A DNA stretch of 38,277 nt from the UHGV virus genome UHGV-0391791. One strand, given 5' to 3'. A program made the translations under genes and the position numbers. Source of the DNA: a virus. Of the stretch, positions 18,749 through 26,936 are shown one piece after another (the stretch's first letter is position 1; the number at the start of each line of letters is the position of its first letter). Under the pieces are notes generated by a model. It saw only the letters and a program-made list of their open reading frames with translations, ran no database searches and was not told the DNA's origin.

Positions 18749-19345
18749 TTAGCCACGGTTAACCTCCTTCGGCGGTTCTGGTAGCGGCATCCAGTGGGTT
18801 ACCTCTTTGAGATACAGGTCTTCGCCATCACCGTCATCCCAAGTGGGATTGCCATCATTAAACCAGTCGCCATATACGCCGACCTGAGTGTTGGGGATGT
18901 TTGGCGGGTAGTTGTTTTTAAAGTCAGCTGCTAACACATAGCATTGTCGCTCTCCCATTTCTGGCATTCGCTCACTACAGCTTATCCAACCATCCGGAGT
19001 TACCGGAGAGTTGCCAGCGGCCTCGGGCATATCCGGACCTTTGCGAATAGCCTTTGCAAGCTCAACAGGGTCATCGTAAAGCCAGTCGCCAGTTTGTGGG
19101 TGATTTGCTTCTGCAAGCTGCGCAGCCCATTCAAGACCATCTTTTTGACCTTGGAGATAATCAAGCGGCAACTCTTCATGATTACTTGCAGGTTCGGCAC
19201 TATCAGCTTCGCGCCGCTTCTGTAGCTCTGCTGCCATTGCTCTCACGACTTCAACTGGTGCCCTTGCAGCAAACTCTATGTTGGTGATCAGCTCATTAAG
19301 ATATTGCTCGCCTGGATACTGTTTCTTATCGGTTATAGTGGTCAT
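18749..19345 (-). CDS. Hypothetical prophage protein (198 aa), DUF551-like C-terminus (recalled)
   Basis: Track ORF; Trp/Asp-rich C-terminal segment typical of small lambdoid accessory proteins. Confidence 0.5.
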   Translation of the reverse strand: MTTITDKKQYPGEQYLNELITNIEFAARAPVEVVRAMAAELQKRREADSAEPASNHEELPLDYLQGQKDGLEWAAQLAEANHPQTGDWLYDDPVELAKAIRKGPDMPEAAGNSPVTPDGWISCSERMPEMGERQCYVLAADFKNNYPPNIPNTQVGVYGDWFNDGNPTWDDGDGEDLYLKEVTHWMPLPEPPKEVNRG

Positions 19346-19355
19346 GTGTTACTCC

Positions 19356-19622
19356 TTAACCCGCAGTGCTTTCAACTGATGAGGGGAATAAAATCTTTTC
19401 ATCAAATCCGGCATTCATATCATGGACAGCAACACACCAATCCATCGACGAACGATTATCAAGAGCCTCCATGATTTCATCCATGCGGCGCAGGTCATAC
19501 AGGTAAATGCTTTTATCGCCAATGGTGTAAAAACCAATTTTTTTCGGTGATGGGCAGCGATCAAGAACGTCCTGTAATTCGCTCAACCATGCTTGTTCTT
19601 TTTTTGTCAAAGTTGCCATATC
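19356..19622 (-). CDS. Hypothetical protein (about 88 aa; start placed at MATLTKKEQ)
   Basis: Track ORF 19356..19661; internal Met gives start abutting the upstream gene stop. Confidence 0.35.
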   Translation of the reverse strand, partial: DMATLTKKEQAWLSELQDVLDRCPSPKKIGFYTIGDKSIYLYDLRRMDEIMEALDNRSSMDWCVAVHDMNAGFDEKILFPSSVESTAG

Positions 19623-20172
19623 ACTCTCCTTTGATGCCAATGCCAGCGGCGCGGGAATCATCCCATCGCTTTACTTCTTCACGAATTACGTCAATGCATT
19701 CTTTCGAATCCATTAGGTAATCTTCATCAAAAAGACGTTCCTGTTCGTTTTCTATCGCAACAATGATTGCTTCAACTAACTTTTGTGCCTGAGAACCACT
19801 TTCTAACTCTGCTATGCGCTTACTCCCATCAGAGATAACACCTTCGTAATACTCACGCTGCTCGTTGAGTTTTGATTTTGCTGCTTCCAGCTCAACGCGC
19901 AACTTCCCTACCGTTAGCGCAATATCCTCGTTCTCCTGGTCGCGGGATTTGATGTATTGCTGGTTCCTTTCCCGTTCATCCAGTAGTGCCAGCACGGTTT
20001 CTGGTCCGGCCAGAAATTTGAAGGCGTTGAGCGCATCAATATCCACACCGTAATCTTTAAGTTCCTGTTCACTTAACAAATCATCATCAGCTGGCAACAT
20101 TAACAGGCGTTCCATTGCTGGAATTGCACGTTCCGCCGCCTCACGCAGTGCCTGGTAATTAATTTCGCTCAC
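19621..20172 (-). CDS. Hypothetical acidic coiled-coil protein (183 aa)
   Basis: Track ORF; overlapping-stop coupling with neighbours. Confidence 0.45.
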   Translation of the reverse strand: MSEINYQALREAAERAIPAMERLLMLPADDDLLSEQELKDYGVDIDALNAFKFLAGPETVLALLDERERNQQYIKSRDQENEDIALTVGKLRVELEAAKSKLNEQREYYEGVISDGSKRIAELESGSQAQKLVEAIIVAIENEQERLFDEDYLMDSKECIDVIREEVKRWDDSRAAGIGIKGE

Positions 20173-20705
20173 TGGTTGCCTCCTTTGCGAAGCTGGGCAG
20201 CAAAGTCAACTAACCACTCAGTCATTTCAACCTTCCCTACCAGGTCTGAACCAGGGTGCATACAGCAATCACTCTGCGCCGCTTTGAAATCCTTATACTC
20301 ATATTCTTGGGCCACCAGATTTTTTGCAGCTTCTATAGCAGCATCCACGCCCTGCGCCCGTACTTCAGCCAGGAAAGCGTCGGTGGCTGGGGTGTCAACA
20401 CGGATGCTGTCGCGCAAGATGAAAAATGCATTGAGCATTCCAGTCTCTGGCACTTCATCCTGATGCTTCTCATACGCATCAAGAGCCTTCATCATCTCAT
20501 GTCCGAATGGTTGAGGGTGCGCAGACTTCAGCCCCGCACTCTCCGCTGCCAGCGCATTAGCACGCACCAGTTGCACTTCCAGTTGCGTTGCCAAATCGCT
20601 GAGCAGCTTTGCCACACTACGCATATCAACGGCACCACATTCAGCTTTCAGTTCCGAAGCCATCTCATGCCCGGCGGAAACTAACCCTTTGATATTACTT
20701 TCCAT
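20169..20705 (-). CDS. Hypothetical protein (178 aa)
   Basis: Track ORF in the early leftward operon. Confidence 0.45.
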   Translation of the reverse strand: MESNIKGLVSAGHEMASELKAECGAVDMRSVAKLLSDLATQLEVQLVRANALAAESAGLKSAHPQPFGHEMMKALDAYEKHQDEVPETGMLNAFFILRDSIRVDTPATDAFLAEVRAQGVDAAIEAAKNLVAQEYEYKDFKAAQSDCCMHPGSDLVGKVEMTEWLVDFAAQLRKGGNQ

Positions 20706-20766
20706 CTTTACCCTCGCTTATCCACATAACTTATTGATTACATTGATAACTAAAAAGATCGTCGAT

Positions 20767-21114
20767 TCAGAACTCTTCGATGTTCCAGCCGCCACCTGCT
20801 TTCTTTGGTTTAACCGTTACCCCGATGATTCGGAACGGATACTGATCTGCGGCTACTTTGGTTTTCACCCTGGCGTCGTCGGTCCAGAATCCCCCTTTCA
20901 CTTCGTGCAGTTCCATCTCTCCGGTGGCGAGCATCACAGCGAAATCGGGCGTATAGAACGTGTTGTCAGCTAACCGCAGCTTAATACCCTCGAATCGATA
21001 CCAGGCGATTTCCCCTGCACGTTTACGCTGCTCAAGGTGCTGGCAATACGCAGATTCTGTTTTGTTCATCTGGCCTGTTTTGAGTCGACCAAGAGCCTGT
21101 ATCTGTTTTCTCAT
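20767..21114 (-). CDS. Small putative PD-(D/E)xK-type nuclease (115 aa)
   Basis: Track ORF; motif ...YTPDFAV...ELHEVKG consistent with a D...E-x-K active site; SD GAGGT. Confidence 0.45.
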   Translation of the reverse strand: MRKQIQALGRLKTGQMNKTESAYCQHLEQRKRAGEIAWYRFEGIKLRLADNTFYTPDFAVMLATGEMELHEVKGGFWTDDARVKTKVAADQYPFRIIGVTVKPKKAGGGWNIEEF

Positions 21115-21117
21115 GAT

Positions 21118-21132
21118 TTACCTCTAAGGTAA
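21118..21132. promoter_or_regulatory. Operator-like palindrome TTACCTCTAAGGTAA overlapping the RBS of the 20767..21114 gene
   Basis: Perfect TTACC-N5-GGTAA dyad 4 nt upstream of the start codon. Confidence 0.55.
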
Positions 21133-21179
21133 TTAAAAACCACATAAGACACGAAATCAATAGATTTTAGAATATTTTA

Positions 21180-21194
21180 TTACCCAACAGGTAA
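21180..21194. promoter_or_regulatory. Operator-like palindrome TTACCCAACAGGTAA
   Basis: Perfect dyad; an AT-rich promoter-like stretch lies between it and site 21118..21132. Confidence 0.55.
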
Positions 21195-21204
21195 TTATCA
21201 AGAC

Positions 21205-21228
21205 GTAAAAAAATGCGCTATCGCGCTG
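21205..21228 (-). terminator. Weak terminator after the P-like gene (short GCGC stem plus T7 run on the minus strand)
   Basis: Minus strand GCGC-gata-GCGC followed by ATTTTTTT; stem only 4 bp. Confidence 0.3.
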
Positions 21229-21231
21229 GTA

Positions 21232-22032
21232 TTACTTGATAAATCCTGCCGCCTTTCCCCGCCTGTATTCCTCCATCAGCCACTGCGCCGGTGTTATTCC
21301 CCCAAGGGTGGCGGCGTTAGGCATGCACCCGAAACTTCGCCCTGGTGGATGGTAAACGTCTCTCCCTGTGTCCGGAGGCGTACTCATGGGTTCTGGCTTT
21401 GCCTGTATGCTGATCACCGGATCGGGTATCTGCTGTCCGGAAGCCACCTTTTTCGCCCAATCATCGAGCAGCCTGCGTGCGTGTTTCTCAACCTCAATCT
21501 CGCTAAGCTGGCGCTGATACATTGCGCGGCGGGTATCACATACGACCCAGTACATAACCGGATGTCGCCACGGGAATCTTTCGGGACCACCAGGATATAA
21601 ACTTTTTTCCTTGCTGTACCGGTGAAACTCCGCCATCACATCGTCAATGGTGACGCCAAGAACCATCTTGCTGTCTTTGCACCACTTGATAAATTGCCCT
21701 GGAGACGGCCAGAACGGAGATTCACTGGCGCGGGCGTGGCGCATACCAGCAGAAACCTGTTCACGGGTTCGGATCCCCCCTTCGGCAAACGCAGCAATCC
21801 ACTGCTGTTTTGCAGCAACTTCCTGCTCTGGCGTCTTCAGGTTGGTTACCACTGCCGCCGGAAACAGTTGTTTCAGCTGTTTAAAAAGGGCATCAACAAG
21901 CCTCTCTGCTGACATGTTCACCACATTGTCATTGTTGACGTACTGATGCTCATAACCTGACATGCGAGAAAGGGCTTCTCCGTCACGGTTTTGTATCGCG
22001 GTAAAAACGTTGTTCACAAGAAATCCTCCCAT
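21232..22032 (-). CDS. Replication protein P-like (helicase loader)
   Basis: Track ORF; segment ...QWIAAFAEGGIRTREQVSAGMRHARASESPFWPSPGQFIKWCKD matches recalled lambda P (...QWVLAFRENGITTMEQVNAGMRVARRQNRPFLPSPGQFVAWCRE). Confidence 0.75.
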   Translation of the reverse strand: MGGFLVNNVFTAIQNRDGEALSRMSGYEHQYVNNDNVVNMSAERLVDALFKQLKQLFPAAVVTNLKTPEQEVAAKQQWIAAFAEGGIRTREQVSAGMRHARASESPFWPSPGQFIKWCKDSKMVLGVTIDDVMAEFHRYSKEKSLYPGGPERFPWRHPVMYWVVCDTRRAMYQRQLSEIEVEKHARRLLDDWAKKVASGQQIPDPVISIQAKPEPMSTPPDTGRDVYHPPGRSFGCMPNAATLGGITPAQWLMEEYRRGKAAGFIK

Positions 22033-22829
22033 GCTTCAGGGCTGTTCCAGTGCGGAACGTTGTTATCAGGTAATGTTGATTGCTTCTGTCTGCTAATCTG
22101 CAGCCGCCTTGCCAGCTTCTGCTCCCACTGTGCCTGATGGTATGCCTTACCCTCAGCCATCCAGTAAATTCTGAACTCTGCAAGTTCCTGTGCCGTTGGC
22201 AGACTGTCCAGGTAGATCCCCTGCAATGAGCTTTTCCGAAGAAAGTCATCTGATGGCTGCCATTGTTCATGCATGACAAATTTGCCTAATTGCCCTGGCC
22301 CACCAGGAGGAACAAAGTTATTCATCACGGCGTTGTTTGCGTCGGGGTCATGAGGCACAGAATCCCCGTTTTTTGTCCTGCTCTCCCTCTCTTGGTTAAA
22401 TGACTGGTTATATGACTGGTTCTGGATCCCGTTTTTGGGATCATTCAACATCCCGTTTTTGGGATCATTCAACATCCCGTTTTTGGGTATATTCCCGTTT
22501 TCGGTAACATTACCGTTTTCGGGTTCATTGCCCCCCTCCCGGTTGCCTTTAATGTTCCCGTTTTTGGTTATATTAAGAGAGAAAACCCGCACTCTTTTTG
22601 TCGCTCCCTTTCTCTCTCCGGTATCTGAAATAAGCCCCATTTTCATGAGCGATATAAGCCCGGCCTGCACGGTTTTTTTATTCAGGCAAGTGTCTTTAAC
22701 GAGGCGTTCTATGCTGGGGTAGCAGAGGTTATATTCATCGGCTCTGTCAGCCATCGAGAGCAGTATGAGCTTTAATGATGAGCTACCTGGATCTGTCTCC
22801 CAGGCCCAATCTGTTGCATGTCTGCTCAT
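22014..22829 (-). CDS. Replication initiator O-like protein with origin iterons inside the gene
   Basis: Track ORF; N-terminal HTH-like region, central Asn/Gly-rich peptide repeats encoded by DNA iterons; directly upstream of the P-like gene. Confidence 0.6.
   Translation of the reverse strand: MSRHATDWAWETDPGSSSLKLILLSMADRADEYNLCYPSIERLVKDTCLNKKTVQAGLISLMKMGLISDTGERKGATKRVRVFSLNITKNGNIKGNREGGNEPENGNVTENGNIPKNGMLNDPKNGMLNDPKNGIQNQSYNQSFNQERESRTKNGDSVPHDPDANNAVMNNFVPPGGPGQLGKFVMHEQWQPSDDFLRKSSLQGIYLDSLPTAQELAEFRIYWMAEGKAYHQAQWEQKLARRLQISRQKQSTLPDNNVPHWNSPEAWEDFL
22418..22570. repeat. Putative replication origin: about six iterons with core CCCGTTTT(T/C)GG, flanked by tandem TATGACTGGT repeats
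   Basis: Read directly: atcattcaacatcccgtttttggg repeated twice exactly, with further CCCGTTTTCGG / ACCGTTTTCGGG / CCCGTTTTTGG copies. Confidence 0.55.
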
Positions 22830-22844
22830 GATTAATCTCCGCTA

Positions 22845-23045
22845 TCAGCTTGAATGTTGTGGGGAGGAATTAATCATGATCTGCTTAATCTCAGCCCTGA
22901 TGCGACGGTTTGATTCCATGGTGCACTCAACACAGTGTCCGTTGTAAACCCAACGTTCACTGTCATGTCCGTGCTTACATGGTTTTCCGGTGTAGTAGCG
23001 TTTAAGTCCGCGCTTTGCGGCATCAATACGTGTAATGATTTCCAT
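22845..23045 (-). CDS. Small zinc-ribbon protein (about 66 aa from MEIITRID...), in the cII-equivalent position
   Basis: Track ORF 22845..23108; Cys/His cluster KPCKHGH...GHCVEC; internal start chosen because the upstream residues are hydrophobic and lack an SD. Confidence 0.4.
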   Translation of the reverse strand: MEIITRIDAAKRGLKRYYTGKPCKHGHDSERWVYNGHCVECTMESNRRIRAEIKQIMINSSPQHSS

Positions 23046-23124
23046 GGTAAGCCCTGTTATTAGTATTGGGATTACGGTCATTTTGTGCTGACACAAAAAA
23101 AAGATCAACCAGATTTGGTTTTTT

Positions 23125-23139
23125 ATTACCTTTGAGGTG
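23125..23139. promoter_or_regulatory. Variant operator-like site TTACCTTTGAGGTGC
   Basis: Left half-site perfect, right half GGTGC; same variant right half as site 23494..23508. Confidence 0.3.
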
Positions 23140-23152
23140 CGAATAGATATGA

Positions 23153-23172
23153 AAAGACCGCCGGGTGGCGGT
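23153..23172 (-). terminator. Hairpin between the Cro-like gene and the next leftward gene (tR1-like position), weak T-tract
   Basis: AGACCGCC-gggt-GGCGGTCT; downstream run on the minus strand is only TTT. Confidence 0.3.
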
Positions 23173-23195
23173 CTACAGAGGGTTGTGGCTGGATA

Positions 23196-23426
23196 TCATG
23201 AGTAGAAGAAGTATGCCAGTTCTGCTTTTGAGCGCAGCCATTGTCTTGTTTTACAGGCTTTAAAAAGCCCATTCATCAATACTTTACCTGGCATTTTGCG
23301 CTTACCTGTTAAGTGAGTCTGGATATAGTGACTCGTCGTTCCGGCTTCCTGTGCGAAGGCTTCACGCTCATCCGGAGTAAGTGCAAGCCAGTGCTTTTTG
23401 AAATCGAAATGTCCGTTATCGCTCAT
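23196..23426 (-). CDS. Cro-like small HTH regulator (76 aa)
   Basis: Track ORF; divergent from the repressor gene, pointing toward the O and P genes. Confidence 0.5.
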   Translation of the reverse strand: MSDNGHFDFKKHWLALTPDEREAFAQEAGTTSHYIQTHLTGKRKMPGKVLMNGLFKACKTRQWLRSKAELAYFFYS

Positions 23427-23462
23427 AGCTATTGCCTGATATTTATTTCAGATAATAAATAT

Positions 23463-23477
23463 TCACCCATAAGGTAA
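23463..23477. promoter_or_regulatory. Operator site (variant TCACCCATAAGGTAA) in the spacer of a leftward PR-like promoter
   Basis: Minus strand TTGTTA-17 nt-TATTAT with the dyad inside the spacer. Confidence 0.45.
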
Positions 23478-23493
23478 CAAAAATCAAGGATAG

Positions 23494-23508
23494 TTACCTA
23501 TGGGGTGC
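23494..23508. promoter_or_regulatory. Operator site (variant TTACCTATGGGGTGC)
   Basis: Perfect left half, degenerate right half; lies between the two other sites of the divergent region. Confidence 0.3.
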
Positions 23509-23510
23509 AT

Positions 23511-23525
23511 TTACCTGTTGGGTAA
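23511..23525. promoter_or_regulatory. Operator site TTACCTGTTGGGTAA (perfect) in the repressor/Cro divergent region
   Basis: Perfect TTACC-N5-GGTAA dyad. Confidence 0.6.
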
Positions 23526-23580
23526 TATTGCTTTAAATTGAATCATCTACTGATTCATATACGAGGCGATTTTCCAGAAA

Positions 23581-24165
23581 ATGAAAAGTATCCAGGACGT
23601 CCGCAGGCAAAATCTCAACGACTTGATCGACCGTGAATTCAATGGTGTTCAGACGCGGATGGCAGAAAAACTTGGAACTCAGGCAAATCTGGTAAACCGC
23701 TGGGCTCTTGGCAAGAAGGTTATCGGCGACCAGGTTGCGCGAAAAATTGAAGCTGCCGCCAATAAACCCCGTAACTGGCTTGATATCGATCGCTCGCTTT
23801 CTCAGGAAGGTTTTCAGCCTGTCGGCCCAAGCGACATTGGTCAGCTGGCGGCTCACAACCTGGAACGCTGGATGAGCGAAAGCCGCGACCTTTCAACACA
23901 GGGAAAACTTCACCGCGCATCCGGCGTCGCCCAGGTGACAATCAGCCGCCTGTTAAACAATGAGGTCAGCGTTTCCATTTCCACCCTGGAGAATGTTGCA
24001 TCCGCATTCGGGCGTCACGGCTATGAATTACTGATTCACCCGCACGACCCTGCGACCATCAACTATGACCGCTCGCGCTACGCATTGTTACCCGAAACCG
24101 AGAAAGCAAAGATCGAAAGTTACATTGAATTTGTCATCAACCAGAACGAAAAAAACAAACAATAA
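23581..24165 (+). CDS. Phage repressor (194 aa) with two HTH-like segments and no recognisable LexA/S24-type autocleavage domain
   Basis: Track ORF; HTH-like segments MAEKLGTQANLVNRWALGKK and GVAQVTISRLLNNEVSVSISTLENVASAFG; no Ala-Gly/Ser...Lys peptidase module by eye. Confidence 0.6.
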   Translation: MKSIQDVRRQNLNDLIDREFNGVQTRMAEKLGTQANLVNRWALGKKVIGDQVARKIEAAANKPRNWLDIDRSLSQEGFQPVGPSDIGQLAAHNLERWMSESRDLSTQGKLHRASGVAQVTISRLLNNEVSVSISTLENVASAFGRHGYELLIHPHDPATINYDRSRYALLPETEKAKIESYIEFVINQNEKNKQ

Positions 24166-24186
24166 AATCATATTTTTCAGTAAGTA

Positions 24187-24210
24187 AGCCGCCTTCTGGC
24201 GGCTTTTTTA
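24187..24210 (+). terminator. Rho-independent terminator after the repressor gene
   Basis: AGCCGCC-ttct-GGCGGCT followed by TTTTTTA. Confidence 0.7.
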
Positions 24211-24222
24211 TTGTCTACACAA

Positions 24223-24237
24223 TTACCTTAAGGGTAA
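24223..24237. promoter_or_regulatory. Operator site TTACCTTAAGGGTAA upstream of a rightward PL-like promoter
   Basis: Perfect dyad; promoter TTGACA at 24257..24262. Confidence 0.6.
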
Positions 24238-24256
24238 TTTTTTTAACTCATATCTA

Positions 24257-24285
24257 TTGACACCAAACCAAATACGCATAATCAT
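24257..24285 (+). promoter_or_regulatory. Sigma70-like promoter (TTGACA with weak -10 TAATCA/CATAAT) for the rightward early operon, flanked by two operator dyads
   Basis: Perfect -35 hexamer; -10 candidates at acceptable spacing. Confidence 0.4.
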
Positions 24286-24299
24286 TACCTCAACGGTAA
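24285..24299. promoter_or_regulatory. Operator site TTACCTCAACGGTAA overlapping the -10/+1 of the PL-like promoter
   Basis: Perfect TTACC-N5-GGTAA dyad. Confidence 0.6.
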
Positions 24300-24318
24300 C
24301 AGACCGAGGTAACAAGTT

Positions 24319-24471
24319 ATGCAGTGGAAAATCATCAACGGTTGGTACTGCGTTACTGCATGCGGATTCATGAGCTGGAAGTTCCGCACCTTACAGGAAG
24401 GCATTAAGTGGGCTTTCGTCAGCAAAGAAGCTCGCGATGTGGCCAACGATAACGAGATATGGGAGGGCTGA
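24319..24471 (+). CDS. Small ORF (50 aa), first gene of the rightward early operon
   Basis: Below the track size cutoff; found manually; SD GAGGT upstream; Trp/Cys-containing peptide MQWKIINGWYCVTACGF... Confidence 0.3.
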   Translation: MQWKIINGWYCVTACGFMSWKFRTLQEGIKWAFVSKEARDVANDNEIWEG

Positions 24472-24473
24472 TA

Positions 24474-24773
24474 ATGAACGTTAATCAGCAGAAAAATCTT
24501 CAAAAAATCATGCTGGCATTCGACAAGGACTACCGCCTGTCAGAACAGCTATATGACCGACAAGTCGAACTGATTGAGAGTATCCGGCTTCATCAACTGG
24601 CCTCAACTTTTGACGTTGTAACAGGCAAAGGCGTTCGTCAGGAAGTGCTGGAGGCCGCTAAAGACAGCCCTGAGTTCGAAGAACTAATGGATGCCTACCG
24701 GCGAGAGGCAATGGCAATTATCGCCCGCTGGGATCTGGCGGATCAGCTTGATGGACAGAAGGACGCGGCATGA
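24474..24773 (+). CDS. Hypothetical protein (about 100 aa; start MNVNQQ with SD GGGAGGG)
   Basis: Track ORF 24459..24773; in-frame ATG at 24474 has the better RBS. Confidence 0.5.
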   Translation: MNVNQQKNLQKIMLAFDKDYRLSEQLYDRQVELIESIRLHQLASTFDVVTGKGVRQEVLEAAKDSPEFEELMDAYRREAMAIIARWDLADQLDGQKDAA

Positions 24774-25591
24774 AACCGGGAATTTATTTCGGCATCAGCA
24801 ACGAAGACTACCACGCCGGTGACGGCGTGAGTAAGTCGCAACTTGACATGGTTGCCAAGAATCCGGCGCTTCTTAAATGGGTTCAGGCAGCACCAGAAGA
24901 CGAAGAGAAAAAGTCTGCACTGGATATGGGAACCGCATTGCACTGTCTGCTTCTGGAACCTGGAGAATTCGACAAACGCTTCATCGTTTCACCGAAATTC
25001 GATCGTCGGACAAAACAAGGTAAAGCTGACGAAGAAGCATTTCTTCGTGATGTGGCGGATATGGGTATTACGGTACTTGATGTCGAGCAGTGGCGAAAAC
25101 TGGAGCTGATGCGTGATAGCACAATGGCTCACCCGGCTGCACGCTGGATGTTGGAAGCACCTGGTTACTGCGAAGCGTCAATGTACTGGAACGATGAAGA
25201 GACGGGTGAGTTGTGCCGAATTCGTCCAGACAAATGGCTGAACGAGCACAACGTGATCGTCGACGTGAAAAAGGTTGCAGATATGGACCGTTTTGCACGC
25301 CACATCGAGGAATTCCGCTACCACGTGCAGGACGCAATGTACCGCGAAGGCGCAATGAGGGTTACTGGTCAGCCGCATGGTTTTTTCTTTCTTGCCGTGA
25401 GCGAAAGCATTGATTGTGGTCGGTATCCGGTACGCGTGTTCGAGCTGGATGCGCAGGATGTCGATGCCGGGCACGCTCTGTTCCGCCGGGATCTGAATAC
25501 CTATCACGAATGCCGCATCAATGATGAATGGGGCGGTGTGGAAATCATTAAACGCCCTGAGTGGGCACGCAAACAGGATATGTACATATGA
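24770..25591 (+). CDS. RecE/YqaJ-type PD-(D/E)xK exonuclease (273 aa)
   Basis: Track ORF; motif IRPDKW...VIVDVKKVAD fits D...D-x-K; immediately followed by a RecT-like gene. Confidence 0.65.
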   Translation: MKPGIYFGISNEDYHAGDGVSKSQLDMVAKNPALLKWVQAAPEDEEKKSALDMGTALHCLLLEPGEFDKRFIVSPKFDRRTKQGKADEEAFLRDVADMGITVLDVEQWRKLELMRDSTMAHPAARWMLEAPGYCEASMYWNDEETGELCRIRPDKWLNEHNVIVDVKKVADMDRFARHIEEFRYHVQDAMYREGAMRVTGQPHGFFFLAVSESIDCGRYPVRVFELDAQDVDAGHALFRRDLNTYHECRINDEWGGVEIIKRPEWARKQDMYI

Positions 25592-26529
25592 GCAACGACA
25601 TCGCAAACATCAACGCACCAGTAGACACAGCAATCGCTGGAACTGCTGCAACTATTTTCAGCCCAGACGGCTTGAACCAACTGATGAAATTCGCCGAGGT
25701 AATGGCGCAAAGCCGCGTAACGGTACCGGCGCACCTCGCCGGGAAACCAGCTGATTGCATGGCCGTGGCAATGCAGGCTGCGCAGTGGGGAATGAACCCG
25801 TTTGCCGTGGCTCAGAAAACCCATGTTGTGAACGGCACGCTAGGTTATGAAGCCCAATTAGTAAACGCAGTTATCTCAACGATGTCGCCAACAAAAGATC
25901 GCATCAACTACGAGTGGTTCGGGCCGTGGGAACGCGTGATCGGTAAGTTTGTTGAGAAAACATCCAAAAACGGCAATCCATATATTGCACCAGGCTGGAC
26001 TCTAAAAGACGAAGAAGGCTGCGGTGTTCGCGTATGGGCAACCATGAAGGGCGAGGATCAACCTCGAGTGCTTGAGTTAATGCTATCTCAAGCACAGGTA
26101 AGAAACTCCACACTTTGGGCCAGTGATCCGAAACAACAACTCGCATACCTTGCGACAAAACGCTGGTCTCGCTTGCACTGTCCTGACGTAATCATGGGCG
26201 TCTACACACCAGACGAATTACAGGAAACGGCACCGCGCGTTGAGCGAGACATTACTCCGCAAACGACCACTGCTGCGGGAATGAACAGTCTGATCAACGC
26301 TAAACAAGTGAAAAAGCCTGATGAGCAAACGCGTAAAGCGGATAGCCGTGATCCAGAAGAAATGCTGATGGCCTTTACCAGCGCAGCGATGAATTACAGC
26401 ACTGTCTCCGAACTGGATAAAGCTTACAAATACATTGCACAAAAACTTTCAGATGATGACGAACTGCTGGCAAAAGCCACCGACGTTTACAGCGTTCGTC
26501 GGGAAGAATTAAACGAAACATCTATGTAA
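25588..26529 (+). CDS. RecT-like single-strand annealing protein (start at ATG 25588, MSNDIANI...)
   Basis: Track ORF 25561..26529; start overlaps the exonuclease stop (ATATGA); paired genomic context. Confidence 0.6.
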   Translation: MSNDIANINAPVDTAIAGTAATIFSPDGLNQLMKFAEVMAQSRVTVPAHLAGKPADCMAVAMQAAQWGMNPFAVAQKTHVVNGTLGYEAQLVNAVISTMSPTKDRINYEWFGPWERVIGKFVEKTSKNGNPYIAPGWTLKDEEGCGVRVWATMKGEDQPRVLELMLSQAQVRNSTLWASDPKQQLAYLATKRWSRLHCPDVIMGVYTPDELQETAPRVERDITPQTTTAAGMNSLINAKQVKKPDEQTRKADSRDPEEMLMAFTSAAMNYSTVSELDKAYKYIAQKLSDDDELLAKATDVYSVRREELNETSM

Positions 26530-26578
26530 CCACCACCGCGGCGCCACGCGCGCCGCACTGCAACCAAGAGAGGTATTT

Positions 26579-26827
26579 ATGAAAGGTGCATTAGGTAAGA
26601 AGGAACTCCTGGCGGTGGTGCCACTGTCATGGAGCACTATCGACCGCATGGAGCGCGCAGGGGAATTTCCTAAACGCTGGTATATCACTGACAAACGCTG
26701 CGCATGGAACCGTGATGAAGTTGAGCGTTGGCTTGATGAACGTCAGGCAGCAAGCCCGGCAGAGTTCCAGGGTAAAAAGCCTCCTGTTCAGCAACGTGTA
26801 TATCGTCCTGTGAGCAACGCTGCATGA
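26579..26827 (+). CDS. AlpA-family HTH regulator / excisionase-like protein (82 aa)
   Basis: Track ORF; small winged-HTH-like segment (ELLAVVPLSWSTIDRMERAGEFPKRWYITDKRCAWNRDEVERWL); near the integrase. Confidence 0.55.
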   Translation: MKGALGKKELLAVVPLSWSTIDRMERAGEFPKRWYITDKRCAWNRDEVERWLDERQAASPAEFQGKKPPVQQRVYRPVSNAA

Positions 26828-26936
26828 GTGTGCTGCTAAGGCACTGGAGCAAATGGTCAGGATGGTACTTATTCCTGGCCTCTGTTTCAGCATGGCTTTA
26901 TCTGCTGGCATTAATTTTCAGAGAGGGTTGGATTAA

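Noticed and set aside
22418-22570. Regularly spaced direct repeats that could be mistaken for a small CRISPR array
   Set aside because: The repeats are about 12 bp with 12-bp AT-rich spacing, lie inside a replication-initiator gene and follow the classic iteron pattern; no unique spacers and no cas genes.
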